A DNA stretch of 64,000 nt. Source: an uncultured Verrucomicrobiae bacterium (GTDB taxonomy: Bacteria > Verrucomicrobiota > Verrucomicrobiia > Limisphaerales > Palsa-1400). Both the position numbers and the translations under genes were made by a program. The stretch lies in NCBI GenBank assembly GCA_963707025.1, contig CAVPOM010000003.1, positions 224,001 to 288,000 on the forward strand, given 5' to 3'. Shown one piece after another: positions 12,395 through 25,259 of the stretch (position 1 is the stretch's first letter; the number at the start of each line of letters is the position of its first letter). Under the pieces are notes generated by a model. The model was not told the origin of the DNA and made no database searches. It saw only the letters and a program-made list of their open reading frames with translations.

Positions 12395-13885
12395 ATGATG
12401 ACAAAGCGCGGAGTCACAGTTGCAGCGGCCTTGGTGCTGCTGGCCGGGCTGGCGGCGCAGGCCGAAGTCAAGGTGCTGATAGACCACAACGCCGGGGGCG
12501 ATCCCGCCTTCAAGTTCAAAACCGTGCCGGGGCCGGTCAAGGGCGATGCCGCCGAGGGCGCGCCTGGCGCCAGACTCCGGTTCACCATCGTGGACGGCGA
12601 AAGCGACTCCAACGGGAGCAATATCCGGGCGCTCAACGATGGCAGGCTGCCCGAGCAAGATGATGATCCGGGCAACAATTTTTTCTTCGCCGCCGGCAGT
12701 GAAGGCGGCCGGCTCAAGCTGGATCTGGGCAGCGCGATTGAGGTGAAGCAGGTCAACACTTATTCCTGGCACAGCGGCGGCCGCGCCCCGCAGGTCTATA
12801 ATCTCTATGTGGCCGACGGCACGGCGGCCGGTTTTGACGCCGCGCCCAAAAGACCGGCGGACCCGGAAAAGTGCGGCTGGAAACTGCTGGCCAAAGTGGA
12901 CACCCGCCCCCAGTTTCAATTGGCCGGCGGACAATACGGGGTGAGCATCTCCGACGACGCCGGCGCGCTGGGCAAGTATCAGTATTTTCTGTTCGATGTC
13001 TTCAAAACGGAAGACACCGACACCTTCGGCCACACCTTCTACAGCGAGATGGATGTGAGGGCGGTGACCCCGGCCGGAACGGAAAAACCGGCGGGACCGG
13101 AACCGGTGGTGCGGGAGAAGACATTCACCTGGGACCTGGATTACTCGCAAGCGCCGGATGTGAAGGAATGGGCGGAAACGAAATTGAAGCCGGCGGTTGA
13201 CCAGTGGTATCCCGTTTGGGTGGCCTGCCTGGCCAGCGACGGTTTTACCGCGCCGAAACATTTCAAAGTTACCATCAAACCGATGGGCGGCGTGGCGGCC
13301 ACCGGCGGGACGGAGGTGCAGGTGAGCGAGTCCTGGATCAAAGGGCAAACCGCCAGGCCGGGCGATTGGAATGAGGCGATTGGCTCCGTCATCCACGAGT
13401 TGGTCCATGTGGTGCAGCAGTATGGCAGCGACCGGCCCGGCGCCCCCCGCACGCCCGGCTGGATGACCGAGGGGATTGCCGACTACTTTCGCTGGTTCCA
13501 CTATGAGCCGGTGGCGCATAAGCCAGCCATGTCGGCCCGTTCCGCCGCCACGGCCAACTACACGGGCAGCTATAAAATCACGGCGGGTTTCCTGGATTAT
13601 GTGGCCAGAACCCACGATCACGAGTTCGTGACGAAGATAAACGCCGATCTGCGCGAGCACCGCTATAGTCCCGATCTTTGGATGGAATATACGGGAATGA
13701 GCGTCGGGGACCTGTGGAAGGAGTACGTCGCCTCGCTGCCTCCGGGCGCTCCCCGCCGCGGCAGGGGCGGCGCCGCCACGGGCACGAACAACCCGGCCCT
13801 GCCTCAAAATCTCAGAATCATCCCGGGCGACGCGCCGGCGGGCACGAACCTGCCAGCCCCGGCCACCCCGCCGGCGGGAGGCTGA
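12395..13885 (+). CDS. Secreted BSP (basic secretory protein)-family zinc peptidase with an N-terminal discoidin-like domain
   Basis: Signal peptide. HELVHVVQQY and PGWMTEGIADYFRW BSP motifs. LKLDLGSAIEVKQVNTYSW discoidin-like segment. Confidence 0.85.
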   Translation: MMTKRGVTVAAALVLLAGLAAQAEVKVLIDHNAGGDPAFKFKTVPGPVKGDAAEGAPGARLRFTIVDGESDSNGSNIRALNDGRLPEQDDDPGNNFFFAAGSEGGRLKLDLGSAIEVKQVNTYSWHSGGRAPQVYNLYVADGTAAGFDAAPKRPADPEKCGWKLLAKVDTRPQFQLAGGQYGVSISDDAGALGKYQYFLFDVFKTEDTDTFGHTFYSEMDVRAVTPAGTEKPAGPEPVVREKTFTWDLDYSQAPDVKEWAETKLKPAVDQWYPVWVACLASDGFTAPKHFKVTIKPMGGVAATGGTEVQVSESWIKGQTARPGDWNEAIGSVIHELVHVVQQYGSDRPGAPRTPGWMTEGIADYFRWFHYEPVAHKPAMSARSAATANYTGSYKITAGFLDYVARTHDHEFVTKINADLREHRYSPDLWMEYTGMSVGDLWKEYVASLPPGAPRRGRGGAATGTNNPALPQNLRIIPGDAPAGTNLPAPATPPAGG

Positions 13886-13956
13886 GTCCCGGCGGGCCAG
13901 GACACGCGAACCCTCTTGCGCAAATGAGAACTCCTGCAAACCTCAATATCGCGATT

Positions 13957-14024
13957 GTAGCGGCGGTCTATGACCGCCGGTCTTCAGGTGTATTTGATTT
14001 GCGGCGGTCATAGGCGGCCGCTAC
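13957..14024. repeat. REP doublet (REPIN), GTAG family
   Basis: GTAGCGGCGGTCTATGACCGCCG ... CGGCGGTCATAGGCGGCCGCTAC, an inverted pair of internally palindromic units. Confidence 0.75.
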
Positions 14025-14090
14025 GGCAGATCTGCCGACGCCTCATATTTTTTCATCGAAAATCTTAATTGCGGGTATGCTCTTAATATT

Positions 14091-16438
14091 ATGAATTCAT
14101 ATCATCGGCGGTCACCCTTCCGCATAGCCCTTGGCCTGTTCGCGGGAATCGCGCCTCTCTCCCCGGTCGGACCGGGCCTTGCCAGCGCGGCGGCAAGCTC
14201 AACGGATCAACCGGCGCTGTCCGGTTATATTCGCCCCATGGTCGGCACCAAGGGGCAGGGGAACACTTTTCCCGGCCCCTCCGCCCCGTTCGGCATGGTC
14301 CAGTTCAGCCCGGACACAGAACGCGATTTATGGGATACCGCCTCGGGGTATCAGTACACCGACACCTCGATCATGGGATTCTCCGTGACGCATCTTTCCG
14401 GGACGGGCATCCCGGATTTGGGGGATTTTCTGTTCATGCCGCAGATTGGCCCGCCCAAGCTGGTGGCCGGGACCAAGGACAACCCGGACGCCGGCTACCG
14501 GGCGCGGTATTCGCACGCTGAAGAATCGGCGGCGGCGGGTTATTACAAGGTCAAATTGCTGAACAACAATGTGACGGTGGAATTGACGGCGGCGGAACGC
14601 GCCGGGATGATGCGCTTCACTTTTCCGCAAAGCGACCGCGCCTCCATCATGACCGACCTGCAGCATTTCCTCAGCGGCAAACGCTTCCGCCTGATCTGGT
14701 CGCATGTGCGGGTGGAGGACCAGGCCACCGTGACCGGTTTTCACCTGGTCAATGGGTGGGGCAAGGAGCGCTATCTCTATTACGCGGCGCGGTATTCCAA
14801 GCCGTTCGACAGCTTTCGCATCATGAGCAACGGCGAGGAAGTCAAATACGACAGCTACAAGTCCTACCGGTTTCGCAGCCGCCGCGAAGCGGCGGGCACG
14901 AACCTGCAGTTTCTGGCCGAATATAATACCAGCCCCGGCCAGGTCATCCAGGTCAAGGTGGCCGTTTCCGCCGTCAGCGCCGCCAACGCGCTGCGGAACC
15001 TGGACTCGGAGATTCCCGGCTGGGATTTCGAAAGGTCCGGCAGCAAACCTGCCAGAAATGGGACCAGGAATTGAGCCGGATCGAAATAGACGGGACGCAG
15101 CAGGAGAAGGAGACCTTCTATACCGCCCTTTATCACGCCTTCCTCGCGCCCAGCCTTTATGAGGATGTGACCGGCGAGTACCGGGGGCAGGACTCGAACA
15201 TCCATCACGCCAGCGGGTTTCAAAATTACACGGTTTTTTCATTGTGGGACACCTTCCGCGCCACCCATCCGCTTTTCGCCCTGATCCAGGCCAAACGGGA
15301 CGGCGACATGATCAATTCCCTGCTGGCGCACTATGACCAAAGCGCGGACCATTTGCTGCCGATGTGGCTGCTGCAGGGCAATGAAACCTGGTGCATGATT
15401 GGCTACCACGCCGTCCCCGTGATCGTGGATGGCTATTTTAAGGGAGTCAAAGGCTTTAATGTCCAGCATGCCTACGAGGCCATCAAAGCCACCGCCATGA
15501 ATCCGGATTATGACGACGTGGCCGGCTACGCCAAACTCGGCTGGGTGCCCTACGACCAGGAGGTGGAGTCGGTGTCCAAAACGCTCGAATATGCCTACGA
15601 CGACTGGTGTGTGGCGCGCCTGGCCAAGGCGCTGGGCAAAAAGGACGACGCCGATTACTTCAGCAAACGGGCGGAGAGTTTCAAGAATCTCTATGACCCG
15701 TCCCTTGGGGTCATGCGGTCCAAGGATTCGCAGGGGCGCTGGCGGGTGCCCTTCGACCCCCACTTTTATGACGATGACTCCCGCAGCAATGACATCACCG
15801 AAGGCACCGCCGCGCAATACACCTGGTTCGTCCCCCAGGATGTGCCCGGGCTGATCGGGCTGATGGGCGGGCGGGAAAAGTTTATTGACAAGCTGGACGA
15901 ACTGTTCACCTTCACCAACATCAACGCCAAGGGATTGGACGATGTGCAGGGGCGCATCGGCGAATACTGGCACGGCAATGAACCGAGCCACCACGTCATT
16001 TACCTCTACGACTACGCCGGCCAACCCTGGAAAGCGGCCCGCCGCCTCCATGAGGTCGTCCGCACCCAGTACGGAAACCAGCCGGATTCCCTCAGCGGCA
16101 ATGATGACTGCGGGCAAATGTCGGCCTGGTACCTGTTCACCGTCATGGGATTTTACCCCGTTTGCCCCGGCAGCGATTATTACGCCATCGGCAGCCCTTC
16201 CTTTAAAAAATCGGTCCTGCATCTGTCCAATGGAAAAAAATTCACGACCACCGCGGAAAATCTTTCCGCTGAAAACATTTATGTGCAGTCGGCCCGCTTG
16301 AACGGGCGCAACTGGGACAGTCCGTTCCTGCCCTACAGCGAGTTGAAGAACGGCGGCACGCTCAGCCTGAGCATGGGACCGCAGCCCGGCAAGACCTGGG
16401 GAACCGGGGGAATGGAGGGCGCCCCGCCCCCCAATTGA
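14091..16438 (+). CDS. GH92 alpha-1,2-mannosidase, secreted; one frameshift at ~15032 (A-run)
   Basis: TFPGPSAPFGMVQFSPDT, THLSGTG, FSLWDTFR, SVSKTLEYAYDDW, HGNEPSHH and GNDDCGQMSAW. Adding one A restores DFEKVRQQTCQKWDQELSRI. Confidence 0.92.
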
Positions 16439-16589
16439 TCGTGGGAATGATCTTCGGGGGTTGTTTAATATAGTGGAAATAGTTCTTGTAAAATGGATTC
16501 GCTTGGGGCATATTGAAGTCCTGTGGATGACGGAACAATAAACCGGCCCCGGGCGGGCCGTCCCGGCATGCACAGAAGAAAGGTTTGAA

Positions 16590-17621
16590 ATGAAAGCACT
16601 GGTTAAAAGCAAGGCGGAACCGGGATTATGGCTGGAAGATATTGCCATGCCTGAAATTGGCCTCAACGACGTGTTGATCAAGGTGGATCGCACCGGCATC
16701 TGCGGGACCGACCTCCATATCTACAAATGGGACGCTTGGGCGCGCAAAACCATTCCCGTGCCCATGGCGGTGGGCCACGAGTTTGTGGGCGAGATCGTGG
16801 AAGTCGGTTCCAACGTGAAAGACTTTTTCCCCGGTGATCTGGTCAGCGGCGAGGGCCATGTCGTCTGCGGGCGGTGCCGCAATTGTCTGGCGGGCCGGCG
16901 CCACCTTTGCGCGGACACCAAGGGCATCGGGGTCAACCGTCCCGGAGCCTTCGCCGAATACCTGGCCTTGCCCATGACCAATGTCTGGCACCACCACCCG
17001 GACATGGACCGGGACATGGCGGCGATTTTCGATCCCTTCGGCAACGCCGTGCATACCGCCCTGTCCTTCCCCGTGCTTGGGGAAGACGTTCTCATCACCG
17101 GCGCCGGCCCCATCGGCATCATGGCGGCAGCCGTCGTCCGCCATGCCGGCGCCCGCTTTGTCGTCATCACCGACCTCAATCCCTACCGGCTGGAGCTGGC
17201 CCGCAAGATGGGAGTGACGATGGCAGTGGACGTTCGCGAAATGGAACTGGGCAAGGTGCGCAAAAAGCTGGGCATGGCCGAGGGTTTTGATGTCGGCCTG
17301 GAAATGTCCGGCAACGCCTCCGCCTTCCGCGGCATGGTCGCCAACATGAGCCACGGCGGCAAGATCGCCATGCTCGGCATTCCGGATGGCGAAATGCCCA
17401 TTGATTGGAACACGGTCGTCTTCAGCATGCTCACCATCAAGGGTATTTACGGACGCGAAATGTACGAAACCTGGTACAAGATGACGGTGATGCTGCAAAG
17501 CGGCCTGAACATCAGCCCGGTCATCACCCACCGCTTTGACCACACCGAATTCCAAAAGGGCTTCGACGTCATGCTCTCCGGCCAATCGGGCAAGGTGATC
17601 CTGGATTGGAAGACCGCTTGA
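16590..17621 (+). CDS. tdh: L-threonine 3-dehydrogenase
   Basis: [22 protein letters not shown] zinc sites, [19 protein letters not shown]. Confidence 0.97.
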   Translation: MKALVKSKAEPGLWLEDIAMPEIGLNDVLIKVDRTGICGTDLHIYKWDAWARKTIPVPMAVGHEFVGEIVEVGSNVKDFFPGDLVSGEGHVVCGRCRNCLAGRRHLCADTKGIGVNRPGAFAEYLALPMTNVWHHHPDMDRDMAAIFDPFGNAVHTALSFPVLGEDVLITGAGPIGIMAAAVVRHAGARFVVITDLNPYRLELARKMGVTMAVDVREMELGKVRKKLGMAEGFDVGLEMSGNASAFRGMVANMSHGGKIAMLGIPDGEMPIDWNTVVFSMLTIKGIYGREMYETWYKMTVMLQSGLNISPVITHRFDHTEFQKGFDVMLSGQSGKVILDWKTA

Positions 17622-17641
17622 GCGGAGAAGCGCCCAACGCC

Positions 17642-18826
17642 ATGTCCGGCTTGATCCCAGAGCATCTGCAAAAGCAACTGGCTGAAATCCGGGCCGGCGG
17701 CTTGTTCAAGTCCGAACGGATCATCACGACCCGGCAAGGCGCGCGGGTGCGGGTGCAGGACGCGCCGCCGGTGTTGAACCTGTGCGCCAACAATTATCTC
17801 GGCCTGGCCGGCCATCCCCTCGTCATCCAGGCCGCGCACGACGGTTTGGATCAATGGGGCTACGGCCTGGCTTCCGTGCGCTTCATCTGCGGCACCCAGG
17901 CCCCCCACAAGCTGCTGGAGGCGCGTCTGAGCGAATTCCTTGGCACGGAGGACACCATCCTTTACAGCTCCTGCTTTGACGCCAACGGCGGGGTCTTTGA
18001 AACGCTCCTCGGGGCCGAGGACGCCATCATCTCCGATGAATTGAACCATGCCAGCATTATTGACGGAGTGCGTTTGTGCAAAGCGCAACGGTTCCGCTAC
18101 AAGAACAATGACATGGCCGATCTGGAAGCCAGGCTGCGCGAGACCCAATCCGCCCGCTGCCGCATGATCGCCACCGACGGCGTTTTTTCCATGGACGGTT
18201 ATATCGCCAATCTCCCGGCCATCTGTGATCTGGCGGCCAAGTATTCGGCGCTGGTCATGGTGGATGATTCGCACGCCGTTGGTTTCATGGGCAAACGCGG
18301 CCGCGGCACCCACGAATATCATGGCGTGATGGGCCGGGTGGACATCCTCACCGGCACCATGGGCAAGGCGCTGGGCGGGGCCAGCGGCGGTTATATCAGC
18401 GGGCCAAAGGAGATCATCGCCTTGTTGCGCCAGCGCTCGCGTCCCTACCTGTTTTCCAACACCGTCGCCCCCGCCATCGTGGCCGGTTCCATCAAGGCTC
18501 TGGAAATCCTTTCCGCCGCCACGGAACTGCGCGACAAATTGGAAGCCAACACCCGCTTTTTCCGCCAGGAATTGTCCAAACAAGGATTCAACATCCTGCC
18601 GGGGGAACATCCCATCGTGCCCCTCATGCTGGGCGATGCCGTCCTGGCCGCGCGATTCGCCGAGGCCCTCCTGGCCAAGGGCGTCTATGTCATCGCCTTT
18701 TCCTATCCCGTCGTCCCGCAAGGCAAGGCCCGCATCCGCATCCAGATTTCCGCCGCCCACAGCCGTGAAGACCTGGAATTCGCCCTGGCCAAGCTGAAGG
18801 AAGCCAAGCAGGAATTGGGAATCTAA
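17642..18826 (+). CDS. kbl: 2-amino-3-ketobutyrate CoA ligase (glycine C-acetyltransferase)
   Basis: [35 protein letters not shown] (PLP lysine), [11 protein letters not shown]. Adjacent to tdh. Confidence 0.97.
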   Translation: MSGLIPEHLQKQLAEIRAGGLFKSERIITTRQGARVRVQDAPPVLNLCANNYLGLAGHPLVIQAAHDGLDQWGYGLASVRFICGTQAPHKLLEARLSEFLGTEDTILYSSCFDANGGVFETLLGAEDAIISDELNHASIIDGVRLCKAQRFRYKNNDMADLEARLRETQSARCRMIATDGVFSMDGYIANLPAICDLAAKYSALVMVDDSHAVGFMGKRGRGTHEYHGVMGRVDILTGTMGKALGGASGGYISGPKEIIALLRQRSRPYLFSNTVAPAIVAGSIKALEILSAATELRDKLEANTRFFRQELSKQGFNILPGEHPIVPLMLGDAVLAARFAEALLAKGVYVIAFSYPVVPQGKARIRIQISAAHSREDLEFALAKLKEAKQELGI

Positions 18827-21800
18827 CCCGCCTCGACTCCAAATTCAGCGGTTGAACTTCAGCCGGAGAGAACTCAGCGCGGCCAGCCGCCACCGAATCC
18901 GGAATCGCCCGCAGAGGCACGCAGATGGACGCAGATGCGGAAATAAGAACACCTCAGCAAAAGCAGTGGGGCCGCAGACGCCGGCCGCATCTTGTGAGCG
19001 GCCTTTGCCAACGAAGGCCGCGAATTTGTCAGCTTGCCGGTAAAAACACATTCTGGTAACGTCGCGCAAATGCCAACCGGTTTTGACCAAGCGTTCAGCC
19101 AGGTAAAGGATTTGGTTGCCGATTTCAAAGCCAACGAAACCTTTTACCTTTCGCCGCAATTCTCCGAGGCACAGACGCGCAAGGATTTCATTGATAAATT
19201 GTTCATCGCGCTCGGCTGGGATGTGAACCACGACACGCAGAAGAACCCCTACGAGCAGGAAGTCAAAATTGAGAAAAACGAATCCGGTTCGCCAGGCCGG
19301 GCGGACTACGCCTTTTACCTGTCGCCGAATTTTCACGCCGCCCGGTTTTTGGTCGAGGCCAAGAAACCGCACGGCGAATTCGGTTCCACCGAGAATTATT
19401 TTCAGGCGCTTCGTTACGGCTGGAACAACAAGACTCCCCTGGTCGTTTTGACCAATTTCGACGAGCTTCATATTCTCGACAGCCGTTACAAACCGCATAT
19501 CGGCGACACCTTGAGCCGCGTCGTCAAAAAATTCAGCCATTCCGATTATATTGATTCCGAAAAGTTCGCGGAAATTTACTGGCTCTTTTCCCGCGAAGCC
19601 GTCGCCAGTAATTCTCTGGCCAAGCGGGCGGAAGAACTGCCCAAGCCGAAAAGCAAAACCTTCCGGCGCGAACTGTTCAAAGTTGGCGAGCAAAGTCCCG
19701 ATGAAGCTTTCCTCATCGTGTTGGACGGTTATCGCGAAATGCTGGCCAAGGCACTCAAGTCAAAGAATCCAAATCTCCACAGCGCCCAGCTTACAGAGAT
19801 CACGCAACGAATCATTGACCGCCTGGTGTTCATCCGCTTTCTCGAAGACAAGCAGATTGAGCCGACCCGCCATATAGAACGGTTCGGCGCGGACGGCGGC
19901 AGCGCCTGGGAAGATTTCCTGCGCGTCTCGGTCAACTTGGATCGCATTTATAACGGGGTCGTTTTCAAACGGCACGAAATTCTCGACGCGCCGGGTTTTC
20001 AAATTGACGAAAAGCCGTTCCGCATCATTTGCGAAGAGCTGGCCGATCCTACCTCGCCATACAATTTCGCCAACATCCCGATCCACATTCTCGGGAGCAT
20101 TTACGAACGCTTCCTCGGCAAAATCATCACCGACGGCGCGCGGGTGGTGGAAAAGCCGGATGTCCGCAAGGCCGGCGGCGTTTATTACACGCCCGAGTAC
20201 ATCGTCCGCTACATCGTCGCCAACACCGTGGGCAAGGCCATCGCAGGCAAAACGCCCGCCGAAATCGCCGGACTGCGGTTTGCCGACATCGCTTGTGGCA
20301 GCGGCTCATTTCTGATTGAAGTTTTCGATCTGCTCGTGCGCTATCACGCGAAGGTTTACAACGAGAATCCGGGCAAAGTGAAAAAGGGCGATTGCGTCCA
20401 GCGCGATGACGGCCTGCATCTCTCGCTGAAAAAGAAGCAGGAAATCTTGCGGAACAATATTTACGGTGTGGACATTGACCGGCAGGCCGTCGAAGTGGCC
20501 CAGCTTTCGCTCTACCTGAAATTGTTGGACGACGAAACCATCGGCTCGGCCGCCGCGTTTCAAAATGAATTTCACTTCACGCTCCTGCCGCCGCTGACCG
20601 ACAACATCGTTTGCGGCAATTCGCTCATCGGGGCGGACATTTTGGAGACCGGCAAATTCACGCCGGAGGAGGAAAGGAAGCTGAACCCGATGGATTTCGG
20701 GCAACGCTTCCCGAAAATTTTCCGGCGCAAAACTTCCGGCGGCGAACTGCATGACGCGCCCGCGCCCGCTTCCGACTACACAATGCCCGGCGTGCCGCTG
20801 CACGGCGCCTACGCCACAGTGAACTACAAGAAAAAGAAAGGCGAAAAACCTGCGCCACCGCCGGAAATGGAATACGAAGGCGGCTTTGATGCGATTGTGG
20901 GAAATCCGCCGTACGTGCGGATTCAAGGTTTTCCGCAAAATCAAATTGCTTACCTTTCCAAACGCTATCGCAGCGTAAAAGGCAACTGCGACCTCTATGT
21001 GAGTTTTGTCGAGCGCGGTTACGAGTTGCTCAATTCCGAGGGCAAATTTGGCCAGATAGTGCCGAACAAGTTTCTCAAGACCGACTACGGGGAATATTTG
21101 CGCCATCTCATCGCAGCCCACCGGGCATTGAGCGAATTGATAGATTTCGGCGCGAATCAGGTTTTCCAAGCGACCACTTACACTTGTCTGATCTTTCTTT
21201 CGAAAACATCAACGGAAGATTTCCGTTACGCCCAATCCGAAGCAAAGGCGGAAGCTCTTGCCAAACTTGCTTTTATCAGGCAGAGCGCCGCGACATTGGG
21301 TAGCCAGGCTTGGCTTTTTGCAGATCAGCAGATAGCCCATTTAACTGAGATGCTTTCACACGGCACGAAGCGGTTATTGGATTTGCCAGCCAACATGAGT
21401 CGTGGCAGCAGTAGTGGCGATGACGACGTTTTCATGCTCCAAAGTGATGCGACGATTGAAAAGGAATTGCTTCGTATTCCAGTTTTCGCCACGGATTTCA
21501 ACCGGTACACATTCGCTCCTGCGAAGGAGTGGTGGATTATCTTTCCGTATGACTCAAAGGGAGACAACTTTCCATTACACAGCCATCCCACAGGAAATTG
21601 GAAAAAAGTGTTGGCTTGACCATTTGAACCTGCCACAAGGCAGGCATGAAAAACAAAAAAATCAAACCAACACGGTCCCGGTTTAACGTTTTGCGCCAGA
21701 TTTGCAATCTCATTCCTGCGCATGAAGTCTCCAAAATAGCGCGGGAGACCGGGCTCTGGATAAGTCGCGCACCTTCAGTCCGTGGAGTCACACGGTCAGT

Positions 21801-22133
21801 TTGCTGGACGCGCAACTCACCCATTGCATCGGACTCAACGATCTGTGCGACTCGCTGCAATTGCATTCCGGGCCGCTGTCCACTTTGCGCGGCGCCAGCG
21901 CCCCCAGCCGCAACGGCCTCTCCCACGCCAACCGGGAGCGTCCGGCCCAGATGGCCGAACAACTCTTCTGGCGGGTCCTGGAGCATTTGAAAGCACAGAC
22001 GCCCGGCTTTGCCGCGGGCCAGCGCCGTGGCCCCGCCTTCCGTTTCAAGATGCCCATCCATGTGATTGATAGCACGACCATGGAACTGGTGGCCAACTGC
22101 CTGGACTGGGCCAAGCACCGCCGGCGCAAGGCC

Positions 22134-23627
22134 TGAGCTGGACCCCTATTTTTAGACCACAGGTAAGTTTCGATTTTTGCCGGTTTGCTGTAGATAAGAA
22201 AGAGCAGACTTATGAAAGCAAAATGGAAAAGACACAGTGCGGCCTTCAAGGCCAAAGTGGGATTCGAAGCCCTGGTGGGGCTGAAGACGGTCGCGCAATT
22301 GGCGCGAGAGTATGCGGTGCATCCGGCGCAGGTCACGCAGTGGCGGGCGACGATTCGGGATCACATGCCCGAATTGTTTGAGCCCGGGCAACCCCGCACG
22401 GAGGATCAGGAACAGTTGATTGCCCAACTGCATGAGAAGATTGGCCAACTGACGGTGGACTTGGACTGGCTTAAAAAAAAGTCCAGGCAACTGGGGCTTT
22501 AACATGTTTAATCGCTCCCGATCCGCAGCTCAGCGTGCGGCGCCAGTGCGAGCTGCTGGCGGTGTGCCGTGGCAGTTATTATTACCAGTGCTGTCCGGAG
22601 ACAGAGGAGAACCTGGCGCTGATGCGGCGGTTGGACCAGATGCATTTGGACCACCCGGTTTATGGCAGCCGCAAACTGACCGTGCTGTTGCGCCGGGAGG
22701 GTTTGACCATCAATCGCAAACGGGTGGTGCGGCTGCTGCGGTTGATGGGGATCGAGGCGATTTACGCCAAGCCCAAGACGAGTCTGCGGGAGATGGGGCA
22801 CCAGATTTATCCGTATCTGTTACGCAATTTGGCAGTGACGGGACCGGATCAGGTTTGGTGTTCGGACATTACGTATGTGCCTATGGCAACTGGGTTTATG
22901 TATTTGGTGGCGGTGATGGATTGGTGGAGTCGTTACGTGCTGGGATGGCGCTTGAGCAACACGTTGGAGGCGGACTTTTGTGTGGACGCTTGGGAGGCGG
23001 CGTTGCGGGCGGGGCGTCAGGCGCCGTTGATTTCCAATACCGACCAGGGATCGCAGTTCACCTCCCCGATGTTTATCAATGCGGTGGAATCGGCGGGGGT
23101 GGACGTGAGCATGGACGGACGGGGTCGCTGGATGGACAACCGGTTTATCGAGCGGCTGTGGCGGAGCGCCAAGTATGAGGACATTTATTTGCAAGACTAT
23201 GGCGACGGGTTGGCGGCAGGGCGCGGACTGGGCCGGTGGTTTGACGGCTACAACCGGGAACGACCGCACCAGGCGTTGGGCTATGCGACGCCGGCGGACG
23301 CGTATTTTGATCCCGGCACGCATGGAGCCCAACCGGCCAAATGGGAAGCGATGCAACCTGCCAGAGGCAGGAGCGATCGCAGCACTTGACAGAGAGGCAG
23401 GCGGCAGGAAAAGGCTTGAAATCAGACCGCCTGCGGCGGTAGAGTTGAGAACCCTAAGAAAACGGAGAGGGAGGACGGGCAGTGCTCCGCATCGCTCGTT
23501 CTCTCTTTTCGAAAGGGTTTTGAAACACGGAATGAACAGTAGTCAACTACAATTAGTAATGACAGCAATCGGCAAAAGTCGCGCTTATTTCATGCGCTCC
23601 GTGGTCTAAAGGATGGGGTCCACCTCA
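22134..23627 (+). mobile_element. IS3-family insertion sequence, copy 2 (1494 bp), nested in the IS4
   Basis: TG...CA ends with ~27-bp imperfect IRs. 3-bp TSD GCC (22131-22133, 23628-23630). Confidence 0.97.
22212..23389 (+). CDS. IS3 transposase OrfA (22212-22502) / OrfB (to 23389), joined by a -1 programmed frameshift
   Basis: OrfA HTH. A8G slippery site at 22473-22481, with an open -1 frame into OrfB. WCSDITY, NTDQGSQF and DNRFIERLW (DDE integrase core). Confidence 0.93.
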
Positions 23628-25259
23628 GCCGCCGCCAAAACCCATATGCGGTTGAATCTGCAGAATCTTTTGCCCGGTTTTGTCATTGTGGACACTGCCG
23701 CCGAGCACGACAACCGACGGGCGCGGGAACTGTGCGCCGACTTGAAGAGCGGCGAAATCGCCTTGTTCGACAAGGGTTATGTGGACTTCGGCCACTTGCG
23801 GGATTTGGACGGGCGCGGGGTCTTTTGGGTGACGCGGGCCAAGGAGAACATGGGCTATGAGGTGGTGCGGAAAATGCCCGCCTCCAGAGACCCGAAGATT
23901 TTGCGCGACGAAGTGATCGTCCTGAGCAACGAGAACAAACCCGCGCCGGAGTTGATGCGCCGGGTGGTGGCGCTGGTCGAGATTGATGGAGAGGAACGGG
24001 AAATGACCTTCCTGACCAACAACCTGGAGTGGAGTCCGCGCAGCGTGGCCGACCTTTACCGCTGCCGCTGGCAGATCGAAGTCTTCTTCAAACAAATCAA
24101 GCAGACCTTGCAGTTGGCGGATTTTCTGGGCCACAACGCCAACGCCGTGCGCTGGCAGGTGTGGACGGCGCTGTTGACCTACGTGCTGTTGCGCTACCTC
24201 AGTCACCTCTCCAACTGGGCGCACAGCTTCACCCGGCTGTTCACGATTTTGCGGGCGGCGCTCTGGGAGAAATATGATCTGCTCAATTTGCTGGCGTGCT
24301 ATGGGACAGCAGGCGGCAGCTTTCGCCACTTGGCGCGGCCCGAGCAGGCGTATTTCCCCGGCTTCCAATAAAGCTATGGGACAGCACACGCGCCCAAACA
24401 GGCGCATACCACACCCAAAAGCCAAACTCGGAAAAATCAAAATCTCATTTTACCCCGAAGACCAATTAAACCCTTGCAAATGAACAGGTCAGCACCAGAC
24501 TTTTCCCCTTATGAGACGGGTGTGTTTCCATTATTTTCGGAAAATGAACTGAAATCTCGCTTTCCAAAAGGCTACGCTTATCTCAAATCCAAAAAGGCCG
24601 CGCTACAAAAACGCAGACAATATGCCCAATGGTTTTCGTTCAGTGCTCCGCGCAACTTGGTTTTGCACGATCAGGCCCAAATCGCAGTTCCGTTGCTGGC
24701 AAATCGTGGGCTTTGCGCCTTGATTCCCAAAAGTATGCGCGGCAATGTTTGTCCAATGGCAAGTGGCGGCTTTACAATTACCCTCTCACGGGAATGCAAG
24801 TTCAAGCCGGAGTATGTGCTGGGTCTCCTCAATTCGCGTTTGTTGTTTTGGAAACTCCAAAAAAGCAGCAATGTTTTTCGCGGGGGCTGGATTACTTGCA
24901 CCAAGCAATATTTCGGCGAACTGCCGATTGCCGTTCCAGATAAACCGCAACATGATGCTGTTGTGGCAAAGGTGGAACAAATGCTTGAAGCGAAAAGGCA
25001 TTTGTCCGCCGCCCTGACTGACGGCGACAGGGATTTTTATACCAATAAATGCGACACGCTTGACCGCCAGATTGACTTGCTGGTTTATGATCTTTACGGC
25101 CTGTCCAGCGAGGAGATCAAAATCGTGGAGGGCGAAAAAGCAATGCCAGGCCGCGTTTGAGGGCGCGCGCTTCCACCTCTTCCAAAATGGCCCCTGCCGC
25201 GATAAAAATCCGGAAATCCCTTCCCCGGCATTTTTTCTTATTCATGGTCGGGCTGATAT

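Larger units (their letters stand above)
21578..24524 (+). mobile_element. IS4-family element (~1450 bp without the nested IS3); transposase 21646-22133 + 23631-24371, frameshifted at ~21755 and disrupted
   Basis: 9-bp target duplication TTTCCATTA (21569-21577, 24525-24533). Imperfect IRs CACAGCCATCCCACAGG / CTTATGAGACGGGTGTG. IDSTT, FDKGY and YRCRWQIEVFFKQIKQ (YREK) motifs. Confidence 0.92.
19070..25160 (+). pseudogene. Type IIG (Eco57I-like) fused restriction-modification enzyme, interrupted at 21578-24524 by an IS4 with a nested IS3
   Basis: N-terminal RADY..LVEAKKP nuclease motif, GVYYTP, DIACGSGSF (motif I), GNPPY (motif IV). Removing the IS restores ..GDNFPL/FSENELKSRFPK.. in frame with the TRD and the C-terminal IDLLVYDLYGLS.EEI. 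Confidence 0.9.
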
